Source: a virus | Length of the DNA: 64,000 nt | Virus record (IMG/VR): IMGVR_UViG_3300008116_000018 | Direction: 5' to 3' (one strand) | Shown: positions 37,447-46,024 of the stretch, in pieces | Layout: every line of letters starts with the position of its first letter | Position numbering within the stretch: the first letter of the stretch is position 1 | The notes under the pieces: generated by a model | Database searches by the model: none | Seen by the model: the letters and a program-made list of their open reading frames with translations, nothing else | What the model was told of the DNA's origin: nothing | Position numbers and translations under genes: made by a program

Positions 37447-37865
37447 CTCTTACCAATTAGTTTCTGTAACTCTGCTGTGCTACCAACAAACAATGCATTC
37501 GTTACATGCTGTGGTTGTTGTGTGTCATCTTTCTTACTCTTCAATTCTTTTACTTTTTTACCTAAGTCTAACAAATCTTTATTGGTGTCGGACAGCGTTT
37601 TAATCAACTGACCCACAACTTCATATGCTCTTGGAGACTCACCTTCTTTAGCTAAGAAGATAATGTTTTCCATAGCAATTTTGCCTTGTTCGATGAATGA
37701 CTTTAGATTCTCTCTCGCATATTCATAGTCTGCATCAATAGAATCATCATTTGGTGCGCCAGCAATATCTTTTGGTTGCTCTACTACTACGGGCAATGCT
37801 TGCTCAACAATCTTACCTTGCACATCAAAAATATCATTCAATTTATCATCAACTGTTTTTTTCAT
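37443..37865 (-). CDS. gp16: Terminase small subunit
   Basis: DYEYARENL, SPRAYEVVGQLIK, NALFVGSTAELQK. Confidence 0.95.
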   Translation of the reverse strand: MKKTVDDKLNDIFDVQGKIVEQALPVVVEQPKDIAGAPNDDSIDADYEYARENLKSFIEQGKIAMENIIFLAKEGESPRAYEVVGQLIKTLSDTNKDLLDLGKKVKELKSKKDDTQQPQHVTNALFVGSTAELQKLIGKR

Positions 37866-38620
37866 TACGATCTATATCCATTTTCTGTTGTTATAGTTTC
37901 ACTCACTCCAAACTCAGAGTTTCCGGTGAACGTTTGTGTAGATATGATAGCTTTGTTGATAGCAGAACTATCATCAATAAGATTAACATCTTCTTTGATA
38001 ATGTATTTGAACTTATTAACTGGACCAAACAGATAGCCTTTGATGACAAAATCTAATTGCCACGTTTGAATTCTACGTGATTCGAAATCACCTTCATAAG
38101 AATCATCTGCCGTTATAGATTGCAATTCGATAGGTACGTCCATGTTTAAACTTAACTCAGGCAACATCTTCATGGTGACAGTGAAGTCTGGAGTGAAGAA
38201 TGGTACGATTTGCTCTACGATTTGTGTGCCGTCTTCAGTATTTTTAACAAGCACATGTAAAGAGAAATTAAAGTCATACGGAACTGGTGAGTACATATAG
38301 TTAAAATCTATACCGCCAGTATTGACGCCTCTCGTTACTTTGTGACTGCTGTTGAGTTTACGGCTTGGCGCATATGTCATACCAGTAAACTCGAAACCTA
38401 GTCGTGGCAAAGTAACTGAAATCTCACGATTCAGTGTAGGGTCGCTTGTGACTCTCTGAATGAACTTTTGTTTTGGTCCATATTCGATAGGAACGTTCAG
38501 CGTTTGAATTTTAGTTCCTGTGTCGTTATATCTGTCAACTTGAATTTCGTTGAACAAATTACCAAACATGATTACGTAACGTCTTAGCGTTCCGTGGTAG
38601 AAGTCGTGTCCGAACATCAT
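37865..38620 (-). CDS. gp15: Tail sheath stabilizer / tail terminator
   Basis: FYHGTLRRYVIMFGNLFN, VPIEYGPKQKF, LPRLGFE, QIVEQIVPFFTP. Confidence 0.95.
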   Translation of the reverse strand: MMFGHDFYHGTLRRYVIMFGNLFNEIQVDRYNDTGTKIQTLNVPIEYGPKQKFIQRVTSDPTLNREISVTLPRLGFEFTGMTYAPSRKLNSSHKVTRGVNTGGIDFNYMYSPVPYDFNFSLHVLVKNTEDGTQIVEQIVPFFTPDFTVTMKMLPELSLNMDVPIELQSITADDSYEGDFESRRIQTWQLDFVIKGYLFGPVNKFKYIIKEDVNLIDDSSAINKAIISTQTFTGNSEFGVSETITTENGYRS

Positions 38621-38621
38621 A

Positions 38622-39434
38622 TTAGAAAGTCCTTGTCAATGAGAATGGGTTTTGTTCTGAGAAGTCTAGAATATCATCATCGATAATTTTCTGTCCAATT
38701 TCATCATTGTCTGAGGTAACTTCGGCTGCGACAACAACATCAGCTTCACTGATAATGAATGTATCATCTTCAAGCAACATTAAGAAATTCTCTTCATCAA
38801 GTATTTTTTCATTGTTGACAGTTGACATGCTGTATTGAGTTTCGATATTATCAATGTCGGCAACTTCAGTATCAATACGTTCGCTAGAGTATTCGAATCT
38901 ATCACAACGCATTTCGTATGTGTAGAGTTTACCTAGTTGAAAGAAGTTCTCGATGTTCTCTGTGAATTTGATTTCATACATGTAATTAAGCATTGGGATC
39001 CAAATTAAGTCTCCCTCTCTTGGTCTTAGAATGCTTGCATAATCATACAGTTGTTCGTCTAGTAAATGGTCGCCGTCTTCATTCTTAAAGTTATATCCAT
39101 ACTCTGTTATGAATGATGCCTTCAATGATTGAGTGAATCTTTTCTGTGCGACAACAAATGTGATCGATTCATCGATTTGCAAGCCAAACTTAGAAAGAAA
39201 ATCTTCTTGTCCTGCAAACCCATCAAAACTCTTGATGTATAATTCTAATTCAAGCGCATCATCAAAAAGCATAGACGAATCTTCGCCGTAAATTTTATCT
39301 AAGTTTACGTGAGTTCTTGGTAAGTAATAACCATCTACACCATAAATCTTAATAGATTCTATGACTAAATCTTCAACAAGATTTTGTTCTTGTTTGACAG
39401 GTGTGTACTGATTAAAATGACGATTACGTGCCAT
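38622..39434 (-). CDS. gp14: Neck protein
   Basis: EQNLVEDLVIESIKIYG..YLPR, LSKFGL, RPREGDLI, FFQLGK. Confidence 0.95.
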   Translation of the reverse strand: MARNRHFNQYTPVKQEQNLVEDLVIESIKIYGVDGYYLPRTHVNLDKIYGEDSSMLFDDALELELYIKSFDGFAGQEDFLSKFGLQIDESITFVVAQKRFTQSLKASFITEYGYNFKNEDGDHLLDEQLYDYASILRPREGDLIWIPMLNYMYEIKFTENIENFFQLGKLYTYEMRCDRFEYSSERIDTEVADIDNIETQYSMSTVNNEKILDEENFLMLLEDDTFIISEADVVVAAEVTSDNDEIGQKIIDDDILDFSEQNPFSLTRTF

Positions 39435-39438
39435 GAGA

Positions 39439-40188
39439 TTAGCCTAGCATGTCTGTAACAGGTAATGAGTATGAACTAATCATTTCAGCTTCGATAGCTT
39501 GAATTTCATCTGTAGCTTCATCCCAGATTTTTTGTCCATTGAATGTAATACCGCCTGGCATAGAAAGTCCTTCAAACTTTTTCAAGTTTTCGCCCCATTG
39601 TTTTTTAATGAGTGCTGTGCAATATCTTTGTAACCATCTATCGTTATACATGTCGGTGTATGTGTCTGGATCGATTTTCTGATACGCTTCAATGAGCATG
39701 TATTCCCCAAGCACAATCTTTTCACCCCAAGCAATGTCAACGTATAACTTGTTTGAATGTCTTTGGAATCTGATACCTTGTTTACCAACAAACAATTCTT
39801 CAGCTAAAGCAACGTTTTGCAATGCCATGTAGTATGGCGCAAATGGTCCTGTATTGAAAGCAAACAAATCGTTAAGCGCAATCTGATATCTCAAATTGAA
39901 TAAGTTGTTTGTGGAATAACTATTACCAATAGGAAGAATATTGATGATACCAATAACAGAGTCTTCGATAGACAGGTACTTATTATCAATGTCGGTTTGT
40001 GTGACTTGTCGTGCTAGATATACTTTCTCTGTTGCGTCATAGTGATAATCGTAGTAGTATGAGAATGCCATTTCGATGCAATCTTCAACTTGTTCGTCTG
40101 CCACGTTTATCTCTAAGAGAGGCGCACCTAGTCTTCTAAGGCAGAATTGTTTTAATTCTTCTCTCGATGCTGGTTTGCTTGTACTCAT
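39439..40188 (-). CDS. gp13: Neck protein
   Basis: LRRLGAPLLEINV, WLQRYCTALIKKQWGENLKKF, PGGITFNG. Confidence 0.95.
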   Translation of the reverse strand: MSTSKPASREELKQFCLRRLGAPLLEINVADEQVEDCIEMAFSYYYDYHYDATEKVYLARQVTQTDIDNKYLSIEDSVIGIINILPIGNSYSTNNLFNLRYQIALNDLFAFNTGPFAPYYMALQNVALAEELFVGKQGIRFQRHSNKLYVDIAWGEKIVLGEYMLIEAYQKIDPDTYTDMYNDRWLQRYCTALIKKQWGENLKKFEGLSMPGGITFNGQKIWDEATDEIQAIEAEMISSYSLPVTDMLG

Positions 40189-40288
40189 TTACTTGTGCCC
40201 CTTAATGAATTTCATCTTCTATTTATCATTACCAAAATCTCGTATTTGAACTAACTAAATAAATTATGATTTAACTATGGAGAAACTT

Positions 40289-40468
40289 ATGGACAATTTA
40301 GTAATTAGCGTAGAACTGAGTGTGACTGATGTGAACATGCTCCTAACTTTAATGGGAAAAACCTTGACAGAGACAGGATATTACCCTATAATGATAAAGA
40401 TGAAGCAACAGGCACAGGCGCAAGTTGATGGCTTCAATCAAAAAGTGAAAGAAAATGAGTCGATATAA
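40289..40468 (+). CDS. Small hypothetical protein
   Basis: Start MDNLV after a GGAG SD; CTAAATA late-like element at about 40255. Confidence 0.6.
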   Translation: MDNLVISVELSVTDVNMLLTLMGKTLTETGYYPIMIKMKQQAQAQVDGFNQKVKENESI

Positions 40469-41054
40469 TTTAAAAAATTTGATTACAACAGTTCAAATCA
40501 AACACAATCTACCCGTTGTTGGATTAGATCGTGATGGCACAATTATCAAAGACATTGGTGATTACATAACAGACCCAAATCAAGTTGTTCCCATACCGGG
40601 AAGCCTTGAGGCAATCAAGATTTTGAGAGACAAAGGACATAGACTTGTAATTCTTACAAATCAAGGCGGTATTGCAAAGGGTCTACAAACCATCCAACAG
40701 GTAGACGATGTACACAGTCACCTGATGAATATTTTCGGACAGAATGGCATTTCATCAATCGATGGACTCTACTATTCAACATCGTCAATGAAAGAAGATA
40801 TCTACGCAAAACCAAATGTTGGAATGTTTAATCGTGCCAAAGACGAATTAAAAGTTGATTGGAAAAAAGGTTGGTATGTTGGAGATAAAATCAGTGACTT
40901 AAAAGCCGCAGATAAAATTGGATCAAAACCAATTCTTGTGTTGACAGGGCATGGTAAAGAGACACAAGAAAAATTGAACACTTACGCTAACCGAGAACTA
41001 AAGAAAAAAACTCTAGTATTTAATAATCTACTAGAGTTTGTTAACACGCTTTAA
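40455..41054 (+). CDS. gmhB: HAD phosphatase, GmhB (D,D-heptose-1,7-bisphosphate phosphatase)/histidinol-phosphatase family
   Basis: LDRDGTI, ILTNQGGIAKG, KPNVGM, VGDKISDLKAA, VLTGHG. Confidence 0.8.
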   Translation: MSRYNLKNLITTVQIKHNLPVVGLDRDGTIIKDIGDYITDPNQVVPIPGSLEAIKILRDKGHRLVILTNQGGIAKGLQTIQQVDDVHSHLMNIFGQNGISSIDGLYYSTSSMKEDIYAKPNVGMFNRAKDELKVDWKKGWYVGDKISDLKAADKIGSKPILVLTGHGKETQEKLNTYANRELKKKTLVFNNLLEFVNTL

Positions 41055-41602
41055 TACTCGTAAATATTCAACATTAGATGAGTTCGCCAATTAGAACTTC
41101 TGTTATCAACACCATGCAATCTTGTATTGTCGAATTCATAGACTTTTCCGCATTCCCAATGATATTCAACATTTTCAATTATATATTTGCATTCGGGATA
41201 CGTTACAATTGGAATATGAATTCTATGACACGATGAAAGAAAATTTCCCGAGTCAGTATGTATACCCACTTTTGAATTTGGCGCTAATCTTGCAAAAAAA
41301 CACAAATACTCTTTAACTCTAATATCTGTATTTTCTGTTATGTGTGTTAGCGTACGGTCTATTAAAGATTTATATTTTTCATACAAACTATAATTTGCAA
41401 CATGGGATCTCCAAGTTGAGTCTGTCACTTTAGAATAATCATCAAAGTATCTTAGTAAAATAGATTGTGTTTTTTCTAAATTTCCCATTGTGTTGCGAAT
41501 ATCATCGATATACCAATCACTTTCGGTGATTGTGTTCTTAATATCTTCGATTAAATTTAAATCAAAATCACACAATACTTTATACGGAACATTTAATTTC
41601 AT
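41051..41602 (-). CDS. Aspartyl/asparaginyl beta-hydroxylase-like 2OG-Fe(II) oxygenase
   Basis: HTD, HRIHIPI, EFDNTRLHGVDN, RTHL. Confidence 0.85.
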   Translation of the reverse strand: MKLNVPYKVLCDFDLNLIEDIKNTITESDWYIDDIRNTMGNLEKTQSILLRYFDDYSKVTDSTWRSHVANYSLYEKYKSLIDRTLTHITENTDIRVKEYLCFFARLAPNSKVGIHTDSGNFLSSCHRIHIPIVTYPECKYIIENVEYHWECGKVYEFDNTRLHGVDNRSSNWRTHLMLNIYEY

Positions 41603-41604
41603 AG

Positions 41605-42114
41605 TTATTCTTTCTTTATCTGAAACCCAAACGATATGTTAATTCTTGATCTTTCACCAACAACTGGTGTAGATGCATGATTATATAGGCCTGCCTCACA
41701 TCGCCATAGCATTCTTTCTTCTATGTCAAAAATTTTATTGTCGTAGATTGGCTTACCACCAGACTCAGGAACACTTAATAGTAAATTATATCTAGTGTGA
41801 ACATATCCATCATTATTTGGATCTTTATGTGGATGTATTGCACCATCAACAGTATTAAAACTCAAAAAATCACCGAATGTAGGATCCAATAAGAAATCTG
41901 TTAAATTTTCGGTGTCAATGATTCTTTGTTTAACAATTTTATATTCTTTTGGCACAGAAAACTTAGTAGCAATATGATCTACATAAAATCTGCCAGCGCC
42001 ATTATTTCGTAGGTGTGCTTGTTGTTTATTGGAGAACTCTAAAAGAACATTTTGTTCTTCTAGAGTTATGAAGTCTTTATACGCCCAAGAATTGGGAATA
42101 TCAATCTTCGTCAT
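41605..42114 (-). CDS. Putative 2OG-Fe(II) oxygenase
   Basis: HPHKD...H(AS)..V...RINISFG; HxD...H...R pattern. Confidence 0.75.
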   Translation of the reverse strand: MTKIDIPNSWAYKDFITLEEQNVLLEFSNKQQAHLRNNGAGRFYVDHIATKFSVPKEYKIVKQRIIDTENLTDFLLDPTFGDFLSFNTVDGAIHPHKDPNNDGYVHTRYNLLLSVPESGGKPIYDNKIFDIEERMLWRCEAGLYNHASTPVVGERSRINISFGFQIKKE

Positions 42115-42514
42115 GTGACGTTGCCTTATCCAAATCTTCTAGTTTCTTTTTAATCCAATAATCATCGTCTTCACCACTATATGGATCGTTATTTCCAGAA
42201 TAAATGTCTGTCACATCACCATCAACATCTCGTAAAGCAAACACACAATAATATTGAACATCATCAGTCAATGCTGTTATCGTGTGTATATAATCTTTTC
42301 GAATAATCATAAATGTCGGACCTTGAAATTCTTTAGATCGTTCTTCGTTTGTAATACTATTTTTGACATCTACTCTGACTTTACCTTTAGCAAGCATTGT
42401 CACGTGGTCAAACCGATGCACGTGGCCTCTGGCTACATCATTTGTTTTTTTCAAATTGTGTTGACGTACCCAAATATTTCCAAAATATCCTAGTTCTTTA
42501 ATTTCTGATGGCAT
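42101..42514 (-). CDS. Cupin-fold protein
   Basis: GHVHRFDHVTMLAKGKV...HTITAL. Confidence 0.7.
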   Translation of the reverse strand: MPSEIKELGYFGNIWVRQHNLKKTNDVARGHVHRFDHVTMLAKGKVRVDVKNSITNEERSKEFQGPTFMIIRKDYIHTITALTDDVQYYCVFALRDVDGDVTDIYSGNNDPYSGEDDDYWIKKKLEDLDKATSHDED

Positions 42515-42517
42515 TTT

Positions 42518-44263
42518 TCATCCTTCGATAATCTTTTTTAAAATAATATTTTTAGATGGAACATACAAATACTGTAATTCACTATTCTTTAGTGTCTTAA
42601 TAGCATCATCAAATGTTTCAACTAAAGGCTCTCCTGCAAGATTGAAACTTGTATTGAATAGAATTGGAACACCAGTCAACTTCTTAAACGCATCAATCAA
42701 GTCATAATAGTATTTATTTTGATCTCTAGTTACTGTTTGAATTCGACATGTATTGTCAACGTGTGTAATAGATGTTACTTGACCGATACGTTCTGGCAAT
42801 ACATCTACAGCATACATCATAAATGAAGATTCGTTCATGCCTGCCATGTCAAACCACTCATGCACATGTTCTTTTAGAATTGATCCTGCAAAAGGACGGA
42901 ACCACTCACGACCTTTGACTTTGTTAACAATATCTTTGCCATTTGCTGTTCGTGGATCAAATAGAATTGATCGATTACCTAACGCTCTTGGACCAGCTTC
43001 AGCGGCACCATTGAATATGGATACGATATTTTGATCTACAATTAATTGTGCAACATCATCAGCAGTGACTGTTTCAATTGTGAATTCATCAGAATATTTC
43101 TGTTCATCAATTTCATCGTTTCTATCTATACCCAAGTACAATGTCGTTAGGGGTTGTTTTTCAATATTGATATTTTCTGCGACACAATGTTGATACCACA
43201 AGAATTTTGCCAAGCCAATTGATGTTCCGCCGTCATTTGCAACTGGGTCAACATACAAATTGATATCAGGAAAACGTTTTCTGTAATAATAGTTTGCTAC
43301 ACAATTTAGTCCATATCCGCCAGAGATAACAATGTTTTTTTCTCCAGTCAGATCAATAGATTTTTGAATCAAGTCACCAACAAGTCTTTGTGAGTCTTGT
43401 TGAATTTTCCATGCAATGTCTTGAACTAATTTTAAATCTTCAGGATGTTTTGCAATCTCTTTGATATCTGCACCTGATGGATTTACAGCATCGCCCATAG
43501 CTTTCAATCTGAGTTCAGGAAATGCGTTTATGTTCAATGATCCGCCAGCAGGATACTGTGGCTGAAATAAATTTCGATTTGCATCTTCACCATAAAATAA
43601 CGTAGGAATAATGTCATTCTCTTCACCGTATGAAGAAAGTCCCATTAATTTTCCTGCTTCGATTGGATGAAATCCTGCGTATGCTGTGATAGACTCATAG
43701 GCTTTTGTAATATTCACATTACCATTGAATTTAATCTTCTTATCGTCTGTGTATAATTTAGGTCCATCATTAGCGCCCAGAGACTTGTAGACTAATTCTA
43801 ACTCGTTTGGATATGAACATTTATAAATTGATTCTGTTTCGAAACCACCGCTCTGAAAATCAGATTGCAACCTTAAATCGATGAAAGAACCTGCGCCGTC
43901 TACAATAATTGCAGATGCTGTTTCAAAACCTGAATTATAGAATGCTCCGGCGGCGTGACCAGCATGATGATGATCCCAGTATGAAAATATTTTAACTTTA
44001 GGATTAAATCGTCTAACTGTTCCAGTAAATACGTCCTCTAACCCCCAAGTCATTTTAGGGTACATTCCTTCGCCTGTGCCGGCTAAAGCTAATGCATCAA
44101 CATGATATTTACTTAAAACATAAAAAAGACTTTTCAGCGGATTAGCATCATACTTAACTCTTGTAAATCTTTCTTCTTCAATATACAGTTCAATTTTACC
44201 GTCAACAAGAAGACATATGGATCCGTTATGTCCAGGACTAATTGCTAAAACATTGTAACTCAT
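42518..44263 (-). CDS. Carbamoyltransferase (NodU/CmcH/TobZ family)
   Basis: EEERFTRVK, HHAGHA, VDGAG, AGKLMGLSSYG, SGGYGLNCVAN, EAGPRALGNRS, KGREWFRPFA, HVDNTCRIQTV, NTSFNLAGEP. Confidence 0.95.
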   Translation of the reverse strand: MSYNVLAISPGHNGSICLLVDGKIELYIEEERFTRVKYDANPLKSLFYVLSKYHVDALALAGTGEGMYPKMTWGLEDVFTGTVRRFNPKVKIFSYWDHHHAGHAAGAFYNSGFETASAIIVDGAGSFIDLRLQSDFQSGGFETESIYKCSYPNELELVYKSLGANDGPKLYTDDKKIKFNGNVNITKAYESITAYAGFHPIEAGKLMGLSSYGEENDIIPTLFYGEDANRNLFQPQYPAGGSLNINAFPELRLKAMGDAVNPSGADIKEIAKHPEDLKLVQDIAWKIQQDSQRLVGDLIQKSIDLTGEKNIVISGGYGLNCVANYYYRKRFPDINLYVDPVANDGGTSIGLAKFLWYQHCVAENINIEKQPLTTLYLGIDRNDEIDEQKYSDEFTIETVTADDVAQLIVDQNIVSIFNGAAEAGPRALGNRSILFDPRTANGKDIVNKVKGREWFRPFAGSILKEHVHEWFDMAGMNESSFMMYAVDVLPERIGQVTSITHVDNTCRIQTVTRDQNKYYYDLIDAFKKLTGVPILFNTSFNLAGEPLVETFDDAIKTLKNSELQYLYVPSKNIILKKIIEG

Positions 44264-45216
44264 TATTTTTTCACCTTTTCGTTAATATCTTTTTCAATAG
44301 ATTCAATCAATTTATCAATTTCTTCGTCAGTCAAATCCATACGTGTGTCATTGAGTCTATCTGCAAGATGACAGTCAATCATATTAATTCTCAATGGCGA
44401 ATATCGTTTTGTTCCAGGCTTTTCGAATATGTTAAAAAACTCTGGATACGAAACGTTTTCTGCAAACGTTGATCCTAAAATAACTGTTCCTGGTTTATTT
44501 AAGCCTCTAGCAAAATGTTGTCCTACACTATCACATCCGATAAAGTAATCAGACGCATTAATTAGTGATATCCAAAATCTTAAATCACCTTCAAATTTAT
44601 GTGTGTAGTTGTCTTCTTCTGGACATAGACTTTTATCTCCAAAATAATGAAGATTGTATTTTTTCGATAACGTTTTTACAATCATTAGATAAGACTCGTT
44701 TGTGAGACTTCTAGAAGATTCGTCTATGGTGTAGTTTCCTACTTTTCTGGCTGTGCTTCCCCACGGCTGAATGACAACATTCAACTTTTCATGATTTTCT
44801 GGGTTTTGTTGGCACGCTTGACCAAGTGCGGTGAGTGCATTGAGTTCTTCGCCTTTATTTAAAACAAATTTTAAATCAGGTAAGTCATCGTGATTATTTG
44901 TAGCATTAATGATTTCATCAAATGCTTGAGATAGATTTTTTTTCTGAGTGTAGTAAGACGGAAGTCTATATGGTTCTGGCGAAATAACTCTAGTCGCATT
45001 CAGAAAAATATTGTCGAATATGCCTTTGTTGTCGATATTAAAAACTTTGTCTTGAAGTTCTGAAATACCCCAAAGCAAAGAATCCCAGCCATAAACACAA
45101 ATTTTAAAATCTTCTTGAGGATTTTGTAATTGGTATTTTAAAAGGGCTGGGATTGCTGATACTGCTCGACCTGCTCCACCATCAATAACGAAAACTGTTC
45201 TTTCACCACTTGTCAT
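44263..45216 (-). CDS. GT9-like (heptosyltransferase-type, GT-B fold) glycosyltransferase
   Basis: N-terminal GGAGRAVSAIPAL and C-terminal ASDYFIGCDSVGQHFARGLNKPGTVILGST match the GT9 DS..H..A...P....GxT signature. Confidence 0.75.
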   Translation of the reverse strand: MTSGERTVFVIDGGAGRAVSAIPALLKYQLQNPQEDFKICVYGWDSLLWGISELQDKVFNIDNKGIFDNIFLNATRVISPEPYRLPSYYTQKKNLSQAFDEIINATNNHDDLPDLKFVLNKGEELNALTALGQACQQNPENHEKLNVVIQPWGSTARKVGNYTIDESSRSLTNESYLMIVKTLSKKYNLHYFGDKSLCPEEDNYTHKFEGDLRFWISLINASDYFIGCDSVGQHFARGLNKPGTVILGSTFAENVSYPEFFNIFEKPGTKRYSPLRINMIDCHLADRLNDTRMDLTDEEIDKLIESIEKDINEKVKK

Positions 45217-45259
45217 GTTAACTCCAAAAATAAAAAATTATAATATATGTATATCTGCA

Positions 45260-45288
45260 ATTATACAGAAATTCACTCTCAATGTCAA
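45260..45288 (-). promoter_or_regulatory. Consensus sigma70 promoter driving the tailoring-enzyme operon
   Basis: TTGACA(45288-45283)-N17-TATAAT(45265-45260). Confidence 0.85.
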
Positions 45289-45295
45289 TAGATGA

Positions 45296-45691
45296 TTATA
45301 TTATTCTTCTAAAAAGAGTTGCGCCACATCCACTCATTGACCCTAAAGCTAGATAGCATGTGCTAGGAGAACCGATACAAAATCCTGGCTTAACACATGT
45401 TGCATTAACACACGCTGTCACTGGTCCGTAATTTTGGCATTGAAAGCAACACATATAACAACAAATGCCCCATGGAATCAAACAGTTTCCCTGATAACAA
45501 CATCCAAGTAGAGTTGATGAACATTGTGCATTTAATGCAAAAACTAGTTGTCCTACACCAGTTGTACCAGCAGGATTTGCACTATACTGGGCTGTGTAAC
45601 CAGATATTTCTGACAATGAATATCTAGGTTTAGCACCACCACGCTTAATAACACCAATTGATATCAGTTCACGCCAAGATTCGTCTTTCAT
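45296..45691 (-). CDS. Cys-rich small protein, paralog A
   Basis: 14 Cys in 131 aa; ends ATLFRRII. Confidence 0.8.
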   Translation of the reverse strand: MKDESWRELISIGVIKRGGAKPRYSLSEISGYTAQYSANPAGTTGVGQLVFALNAQCSSTLLGCCYQGNCLIPWGICCYMCCFQCQNYGPVTACVNATCVKPGFCIGSPSTCYLALGSMSGCGATLFRRII

Positions 45692-46010
45692 ATTATGTTA
45701 TTCTTCTAAAAAGAGTTGCGCCGCAGCCGCCAGTCGATCCTAAAGCTAGATAGCATGTGCTAGAAGAACCTATGCCAAATCCCGATTTAACACATGTTGC
45801 ATTAGTGCATGCCGAAGACTGATTTGGCGCAAAGCAACAACAAATTCCCCATGGAATTAAACAGTTTCCCTGATAACAACATCCAAGTAGAGTTGATGAA
45901 CATTGTACATTTAATGCAAAAACTAGTTGTCCTACACCATCTGATGCCGCTGGACTCGCTCGATACGATTCTTTGACGCCAGATATTTCTGACAATGAAT
46001 ATCTAGGTTT
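45296..46010. repeat. Tandem gene duplication with identical blocks alternating with divergent blocks
   Basis: For example 45480-45560 vs 45859-45939: 81 nt with one mismatch. Confidence 0.9.
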
Positions 46011-46019
46011 ATTAGCCAT
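45693..46019 (-). CDS. Cys-rich small protein, paralog B
   Basis: 11 Cys in 108 aa; ends ATLFRRIT; closely similar to paralog A. Confidence 0.8.
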   Translation of the reverse strand: MANKPRYSLSEISGVKESYRASPAASDGVGQLVFALNVQCSSTLLGCCYQGNCLIPWGICCCFAPNQSSACTNATCVKSGFGIGSSSTCYLALGSTGGCGATLFRRIT

Positions 46020-46024
46020 TTTTT

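Noticed and set aside
45296-46019. Diversity-generating retroelement template/variable repeat pair
   Set aside because: Differences between the copies are not adenine-specific and include indels, both copies are intact ORFs, and no reverse transcriptase is present in the window.
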